This document shows, piece by piece, positions 58,486 through 64,000 of a DNA stretch of 64,000 nt (position 1 is the stretch's first letter; every line of letters begins with the position of its first letter). Under the pieces are notes generated by a model. That model saw nothing but the letters and a program-made list of their open reading frames with translations, had not been told where the DNA came from and did not search any database. Source of the stretch: an uncultured delta proteobacterium. GTDB taxonomy: Bacteria; Desulfobacterota; Desulfobacteria; Desulfobacterales; B30-G6. The translations under genes were made by a program, and so were the position numbers. The stretch is from assembly GCA_963823335.1 (NCBI GenBank), contig CAWGLD010000004.1, positions 256,001 through 320,000 of the forward strand. Reading direction: 5' to 3'.

Positions 58486-60144
58486 ATGAAACATGGCAAT
58501 ACCGTCATTGAAAAACCCTACCGCATATCAGCAGTCCTGTTCGATTTTGACGGTACGCTGACCAAACCGGACGCGCTGGATTTCTCTGTTATCAAGGAGA
58601 CTCTTGGATGTCCCCACGATATACCGGCCCTTGAATTTATTGAAAGCATTCCGGATCCACAGAAAAAAAATCAAGCCTTCACCGAACTGGATCGTTTTGA
58701 AAGCCGGGCTGCAGCCATTTCAGAACCCAATCCCGGTGCGGAAAACCTGATACGGACGATCCATTCAATGGGGCTTCCCATGGGTATCGTCACCCGCAAC
58801 AGCGTAGACTCCGTGAGGGAATCCCTGAAGAATTTCAATGGTATCGGTCTGGATGATTTTGATATCGTCATCACCAGGAACGACCCGGTGAAACCGAAAC
58901 CGAGCCCCGAAGGTGTTTTGCTGGCCGCCCGTAAACTCAATGTCGACCCCCGGCATATCCTGATGGTGGGAGATTTCGTGTTTGACATCGATGCCGGCAG
59001 AAAGGCCGGCACGCTAACGGCCCTCCTGGATGTCAACCCGCGTGTCGATAAAAGCCGTCTTAAATGCGATATTGTCGTTTCCAGTTTGGCAGACCTCGAA
59101 CCGGTCCTTCAGATGGGGTTACCACTGCCCCAGGGGAAATTGCCCAACCAGCTGCTCGAACAAATTCTGAATGGGTTTTCCTTTGAAGATCCGGCCATGC
59201 TGATCACCGCCGGTGTTGGGGAAGACATTGCAGCAGTGGACATCAAAAATGAGGAAGTCCTTGTTTTAAAGTCTGACCCCATCACCTTTGCCACAGATGC
59301 CATCGGACATTATGCCGTGCTCGTCAATGCCAATGACATCACGACCTGCGGTGCCGATCCCAGGTGGTTTTTGACAACGCTTCTGTTTCCCTGCGGCAGT
59401 ACCGGCTCCGAGATACAGCACGTCATGCACGGACTGAACCATGTCGCATCAAAATACGGGATCACCCTTTGCGGAGGGCATACCGAGATCACCGATGCCG
59501 TAACCAGACCCGTTGTGGTGGGCTCTCTGGCCGGGACTGTGCCTGAGAACCGTTTGATAGACAAGAAATCCATGAAAACCGGTGACCTCCTGTTGATGAC
59601 CAAATCGGTTTCCGTGGAAGGAACAGCCATCATCGCACGTGAAATGGAACACAAGCTGCTTTCCATGGGGTTCAGTGATTCAGACATCTATTCCTGCAAG
59701 CAGTTCTTAGATCACATCAGCATCATGGAAGAAGCCCGAATCGCAAAAGATATCGGTGGTGTTACGGCCATGCACGATGTCACGGAAGGGGGGCTGGCCA
59801 CGGCGGTTGCAGAGTTGAGTATTGCCGGCAGGCATCGCATCCGGATCGACATGAATTGCATCCCCATCTTTCCCCAGACCCAGAGAATCTGTGATGCCTT
59901 CGGTATCTCACCCCTGGGTCTCATCGGATCCGGCAGCCTTTTGATCTGCTGTTCCCCCGATACCAAAGATGATATTCTGACAGGTATCCGGGAGGCCGGT
60001 ATCCATGTGACCTGCATCGGTGAAGTCCTTGAAGACGGAGAGGGTGTCGTGGCCATGGATGGCCTGAAGCCTGTAGCGTGGCCAATATTCAAGGTCGATG
60101 AAATAGCCCGGGTGTTTAGTAAAGCTATTAGCGCCAAGCTGTAA
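58486..60144 (+). CDS. Fusion of a HAD-superfamily phosphatase and a PurM/AIR-synthase-related ATP-binding domain
   Basis: FDFDGTL, KPKP and VGDFVFD; then GKLP, GVGED, SDPIT, NANDI, GGHTE and MHDVTEGG. Confidence 0.88.
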   Translation: MKHGNTVIEKPYRISAVLFDFDGTLTKPDALDFSVIKETLGCPHDIPALEFIESIPDPQKKNQAFTELDRFESRAAAISEPNPGAENLIRTIHSMGLPMGIVTRNSVDSVRESLKNFNGIGLDDFDIVITRNDPVKPKPSPEGVLLAARKLNVDPRHILMVGDFVFDIDAGRKAGTLTALLDVNPRVDKSRLKCDIVVSSLADLEPVLQMGLPLPQGKLPNQLLEQILNGFSFEDPAMLITAGVGEDIAAVDIKNEEVLVLKSDPITFATDAIGHYAVLVNANDITTCGADPRWFLTTLLFPCGSTGSEIQHVMHGLNHVASKYGITLCGGHTEITDAVTRPVVVGSLAGTVPENRLIDKKSMKTGDLLLMTKSVSVEGTAIIAREMEHKLLSMGFSDSDIYSCKQFLDHISIMEEARIAKDIGGVTAMHDVTEGGLATAVAELSIAGRHRIRIDMNCIPIFPQTQRICDAFGISPLGLIGSGSLLICCSPDTKDDILTGIREAGIHVTCIGEVLEDGEGVVAMDGLKPVAWPIFKVDEIARVFSKAISAKL

Positions 60145-60195
60145 GGGCTAAGCAAGCTTGCGGCTCAATGCTTACAGCTTATCGCTTATGGCTTA
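60121..60195. repeat. Inverted 7-bp tandem array between convergent genes
   Basis: Right arm GCTTACA-GCTTATC-GCTTATG-GCTTA (60170-60195). Confidence 0.75.
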
Positions 60196-61260
60196 TACGG
60201 TAGTGCCCATGCTAAATGTATACTGAAGGATCAAGTATAACACATACACACCGAACAACCACCCGCCCTGCCATCTTTTGAAGCGGCCGTCCTTGTTGGT
60301 GAAGATAAAGAACCGAAACAGATACAGGATGAGAAGCATGGCCGGGAAATGAAAAATATAGAAATTGGGCGGCACGGCGAGCGGTTTGGCTACCGCGGCC
60401 GCGCCGATGACAAAGAGGCAGTTCAGAACATCTGCCCCGACAATATTTCCTACCATTATTTCAGGATGTCCCTTGCGAACGGAGGCAATGGCGGTCATGA
60501 GTTCGGGCAGAGATGTACCAAACGCCACCATGGTGGCCGCAATGACATCATCCGGCACACCGATTCTCAGGGCTATTTCGGATGCGGCAGGCACCAGAAT
60601 CCTGGCTGAAGCGACAATGATCAGGAGACCACCGATAATCATCAGCCAGCATATACCCAGACCCACTGAGCCGGGTGTCTCCTTTTCCTCTATATCGATG
60701 CCCTTTTCTGCCCCCTGCTTTGCCCAGATATAGGTCATATACAAATACCCTCCCAGCAGAAACAGGAAAAGCACACCCACCCATCTGGAAAGAATCGGCC
60801 TGCCATCCATCCATATCAACGCAGCGATGGATATCCCCACCAGGAGCGTAGCCGATCCCACTTGAACCCAGCCGGTACGATTAAGAATAAACCGGTTTAC
60901 GGGAATAGCCGTCAGCATGCAGGTCAAACCGAATATCAAGCCGGTGTCGGCGATGATGGATCCCACACCGTTTCCCAGTGCCAGACCGGGATTTCCCATC
61001 CAGGCAGCCATCACCGACACAAACGCCTCCGGCATAGTAGTCCCCAGAGATACGATGGTGGCCCCGATGACGATCCGCGGCAATCCTGTTCGGCTAGCCA
61101 GTTCGACCACGCCAATAATCATCCAATCGGCCCCTTTGGAAATCGTCAGAATACAAATGGCGACCACCCCTACCAATACGATGGTGGGATACCCTTGAAG
61201 CAAATGCAGCAGGCGTGTTTCATCCCCGATCCACTGGAGTATTTGATTGAGCATTCCCAT
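60193..61260 (-). CDS. Ca2+/Na+ antiporter (CaCA/YrbG family)
   Basis: Alpha repeats GTTMPE..GNGVGS and GTSLPE..GNIVGA. Confidence 0.92.
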   Translation of the reverse strand: MGMLNQILQWIGDETRLLHLLQGYPTIVLVGVVAICILTISKGADWMIIGVVELASRTGLPRIVIGATIVSLGTTMPEAFVSVMAAWMGNPGLALGNGVGSIIADTGLIFGLTCMLTAIPVNRFILNRTGWVQVGSATLLVGISIAALIWMDGRPILSRWVGVLFLFLLGGYLYMTYIWAKQGAEKGIDIEEKETPGSVGLGICWLMIIGGLLIIVASARILVPAASEIALRIGVPDDVIAATMVAFGTSLPELMTAIASVRKGHPEIMVGNIVGADVLNCLFVIGAAAVAKPLAVPPNFYIFHFPAMLLILYLFRFFIFTNKDGRFKRWQGGWLFGVYVLYLILQYTFSMGTTV

Positions 61261-61398
61261 ACCTTTCAGTTCAATGTTTCAATTTTATAATGCGAACACA
61301 ATCCAGAAATTGTAACAATGATAGAGAAATAACGATCGTGTCAATCACTTTTTAAATTTAATGGACTTCTTTTGTCGTTAATGCTATAAGCAGTTGTT

Positions 61399-63690
61399 AT
61401 GTTTTCCTTTATTAAAAAATCTTCTCGGCATGCCGATTTAAATCTCTTTCCACTTTATAGCTATTCATTGAATTTCTCTCTGGACCGGATCGTTCCCGGC
61501 GTAGACAATGTCCGACACGACGTCTACCTGAGTCCTTCTTTCTGCGAAGCCGCCGATGAAATTGTTCCCCAGATCATTGCCAGAAATGTCGAATTAAATG
61601 AGTTTTTCAGAATTGAAAAGCCCGCGGTGTGGGCCGAAAAAGTGGCTGACTTCAAGCGGCACTACACTCGGCTCATGGAAGACGCCGTCTACAAATCAAA
61701 ACAGGAAAATAATCCCCAGATAGATTTTTTAGCCCAAACGGCCGTAATGAAAATGCTCATTACCGACATGCGGGATCAGTTCGAGAAAACCACCACAAAA
61801 ATCAAAAATCTGATTCGCAAAGATCAAATGACGGACAAGCAGCAGGCAGATGATACAGCCAAAAGAAAGGAATCCCTTTCAAATGTCCTGCAGAACAAGG
61901 ACGTTTTTTTAAGAAAAGTAGGTCGGCAACTATTCTCCCTCCTAGCCGACGTCAACAAGGAAAAACTCAAGACCATACGCGAAGCAAACTTCGGTGTTGA
62001 AAAGCTGTTGCCGGACGATATCTTCGAAAACCCAATTTTCCATTCACTGAATCACTATCACGACACTTTCCTCATCGATGAATATGATATCATGTTTGGC
62101 AGACGCCTCGAGGACCTGGACAATTATGACAACCTGATCAGTCTGCTGAAGCGACTCTTTTCTGAAATCATTGATGAAAGCTCACAATTGGAACCCAAAG
62201 AAAATGGCACCCTGCCAGATGGATCGGATAGACCAACCAACTCAACCGACATTTACAAATATCTCAAGCACACCGAAAATATCGATTGGCTACTGAACTA
62301 TTTTAAAACCCTCGAGAAGATCAAAAAAAGAAAAAAACAGAAATCGGACACCGTTGATATCAGTCGTCTGAAAGCTCTGGCTGCCAATCAAAAATTCATC
62401 CTGCATGATTTTTTCAAGGCATTTAAGAAAGCCCGTCTGATTCAAAGAATTTCCGCGTCTTATGAAATGCGATCGATCTACCGGGGCTACTGTCCCCCAT
62501 TGGTGCCACAGCAGATTCTTCTTTTCATGATCGACCCAAAATCGAGAAAGATTGTCACCAAGCGACTGAAGCAGCTGAAAAAAATTTACCGCAAACCTTT
62601 TTCTCTGGGACCGCTGAAAAAACAGATCAAAAAACTCGAGTTCCTGTCAGTGAAGGATAAAAAGAAATATCTGATTCGATTCCTCAAGGGCATTGCTCAC
62701 TATCACCGTGATATTGAAAACCACAAAGTAATCAGTGAGGCAATGGACCGGATCAATCTGACCACGGATGATAAAATCCTCAATCTATCGAGAGCAAATA
62801 ACACACTGTATGAATTCCTGATTTCCAGTGAGAAGCGGGAAGATGAAAAACCTATCATCAACCACGTCGTGATAAAGGCAGACGTGAGGGGATCGACCGA
62901 CATCACGCACCAGATGATAAAAAGAGGATTGAATCCCGCCTCCTATTTCAGTCTCAACTTTTTCAATCCCATATCTGACACTCTCAAGGATTATGGAGCT
63001 GTTAAAGTTTTTATCGAAGGAGATGCCATCATTCTGGCAATTTTTGAAAGGGAGAAGACACCCGAAGGGTGGTACAGCGTGGCCCGGGCTTGTGGCATTG
63101 CCATGAACATGTTGTTTATTATCAAGCGCTACAACGACAACAGCAAAAAAAATCAACTGCCGATCCTCGAACTCGGTATCGGTATAAATTATCTTGATTC
63201 GTCGCCCACATTTCTATTCGATGGGAATCAGCGTATCATGATTTCTTCCGCTATCAACATCGCCGATCGTCAATCGAGCTGTTCGAGATCTTTACGCAAG
63301 CTCGTTTCGAAAATGAGACCTGCCTTCAACCTCTACGTCTACCAAACAGCTTCGGAAGAGGATATGCTGACAACGTCGGACGACATCTCTGTGAGATATA
63401 ATGTCAATGGCATCGATCTGAATCCCGGTGGTTTTAAAAAACTCTCCAAAGAAATCAATCTGACCACGTTCAAAACAGATATCCCTGAGCTTAAACTGAG
63501 AAATATCAAACTGCACACAGGTAAGTTCCCATTGACATCCGGCAGGTTCCAGCGCCTCGTTATCAGGGAATCCAAAATTCGTCAGGTACACCCGGACACA
63601 TTTGCATCGATAAAGCCCACCACTAGAAGTTATTTTGAAGTCTGTACCCATCCAGCGGTTTACCAGCATGTGAGATCTGTAGCAAAGTGA
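61399..63690 (+). CDS. Large helical protein with a C-terminal class III nucleotidyl-cyclase-like domain
   Basis: KADVRGST, FIEGDAII, LGIGI and INIADR motifs in the correct order. Confidence 0.75.
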   Translation: MFSFIKKSSRHADLNLFPLYSYSLNFSLDRIVPGVDNVRHDVYLSPSFCEAADEIVPQIIARNVELNEFFRIEKPAVWAEKVADFKRHYTRLMEDAVYKSKQENNPQIDFLAQTAVMKMLITDMRDQFEKTTTKIKNLIRKDQMTDKQQADDTAKRKESLSNVLQNKDVFLRKVGRQLFSLLADVNKEKLKTIREANFGVEKLLPDDIFENPIFHSLNHYHDTFLIDEYDIMFGRRLEDLDNYDNLISLLKRLFSEIIDESSQLEPKENGTLPDGSDRPTNSTDIYKYLKHTENIDWLLNYFKTLEKIKKRKKQKSDTVDISRLKALAANQKFILHDFFKAFKKARLIQRISASYEMRSIYRGYCPPLVPQQILLFMIDPKSRKIVTKRLKQLKKIYRKPFSLGPLKKQIKKLEFLSVKDKKKYLIRFLKGIAHYHRDIENHKVISEAMDRINLTTDDKILNLSRANNTLYEFLISSEKREDEKPIINHVVIKADVRGSTDITHQMIKRGLNPASYFSLNFFNPISDTLKDYGAVKVFIEGDAIILAIFEREKTPEGWYSVARACGIAMNMLFIIKRYNDNSKKNQLPILELGIGINYLDSSPTFLFDGNQRIMISSAINIADRQSSCSRSLRKLVSKMRPAFNLYVYQTASEEDMLTTSDDISVRYNVNGIDLNPGGFKKLSKEINLTTFKTDIPELKLRNIKLHTGKFPLTSGRFQRLVIRESKIRQVHPDTFASIKPTTRSYFEVCTHPAVYQHVRSVAK

Positions 63691-63703
63691 AACACCAGTA
63701 GAT

Positions 63704-63730
63704 ACCCGGGTCCAAAGAGCCCGGCACTGA
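63704..63730 (+). repeat. Repeat family C, copy 2
   Basis: ACCCGGGTCCAAAGAGCCCGGCACTGA. Confidence 0.75.
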
Positions 63731-63731
63731 G

Positions 63732-63781
63732 TGAAGAACCTCGCAGCAAGCTACGGGGTTAGCGAGCGCTGTTGGGGTTCA
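63732..63781 (+). repeat. Repeat family A, short rearranged form
   Basis: TGAAGAACCTCGCAGCAAGCTACGGGG-TTAGCGAGCG-CTGTTGGGGTTCA. Confidence 0.85.
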
Positions 63782-64000
63782 CGAAATGTCCGGGCTAAAG
63801 GCAGGATTCTTCAGATTTAAAACGGCTTGGATAAGAGATTGAAACACCTCGGATCCTTCCACCGAGGCAGACACCGCTCCCTTGGCTACCTGGTGTATCC
63901 ATTCAATTTTTCCTTTGTCTGAAACCGACAGGCTCCCATCGATAAATTTCAGTTCGTTATGGTTCTTTCCATAGAGAACCATCGGACCAAAAAATGTTCC
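63779..64000 (-). CDS. C-terminal end of an unidentified protein, truncated by the window edge
   Basis: Frame is open to the window end (GTFFGPMVLYG...PDIS*). Confidence 0.6.
   Translation of the reverse strand, partial: GTFFGPMVLYGKNHNELKFIDGSLSVSDKGKIEWIHQVAKGAVSASVEGSEVFQSLIQAVLNLKNPAFSPDIS

Overview
A 64 kb window of ordinary chromosome. Gene content suggests an anaerobic Desulfobacterota (deltaproteobacterial) organism; this is inference from the W/Mo aldehyde:ferredoxin oxidoreductase, DUF3786, DUF748, sigma54 ZraSR and a selenoprotein. I found no rRNA, tRNA or CRISPR array. Main blocks: (1) a Kef-type antiporter end and metY-metX-metW; (2) a diadenylate-cyclase-like gene, preceded by an HUH/Y1 (RAYT-like) transposase cassette bounded by 31-bp inverted repeats and apparently expressed as a leaderless mRNA; (3) a partly decayed Cu/Zn island with two multicopper oxidases, ZraP, ZraSR, two sigma54 promoters and paired 16-bp enhancer sites; (4) a UGA-recoded PrdB/GrdB-family selenoprotein with a clear SECIS hairpin, convergent on an arsR-arsP-trx-trx-ccdA-acr3 cluster that lacks arsC; (5) an OmpR two-component system with a Spy/CpxP gene; (6) assorted redox and metabolic genes, a degenerate histidine kinase, an SLT protein, DUF748 and tag; (7) GntR, a truncated tctC and a plant-HPR1-like hydroxypyruvate reductase; (8) cbiMLQO, xdhC, a HAD/PurM-like fusion, a Na/Ca antiporter and a large class-III-cyclase-like protein with non-canonical base-specificity residues. 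Intergenic DNA holds at least five families of structured repeats. The most notable are a modular, covarying palindromic element (9 copies) and inverted arrays of 7-9 bp tandem units that often supply the stop codon of the neighbouring gene. Several genes survive only as joined N- and C-terminal stubs. All family assignments come from motif recognition; no database search was run.
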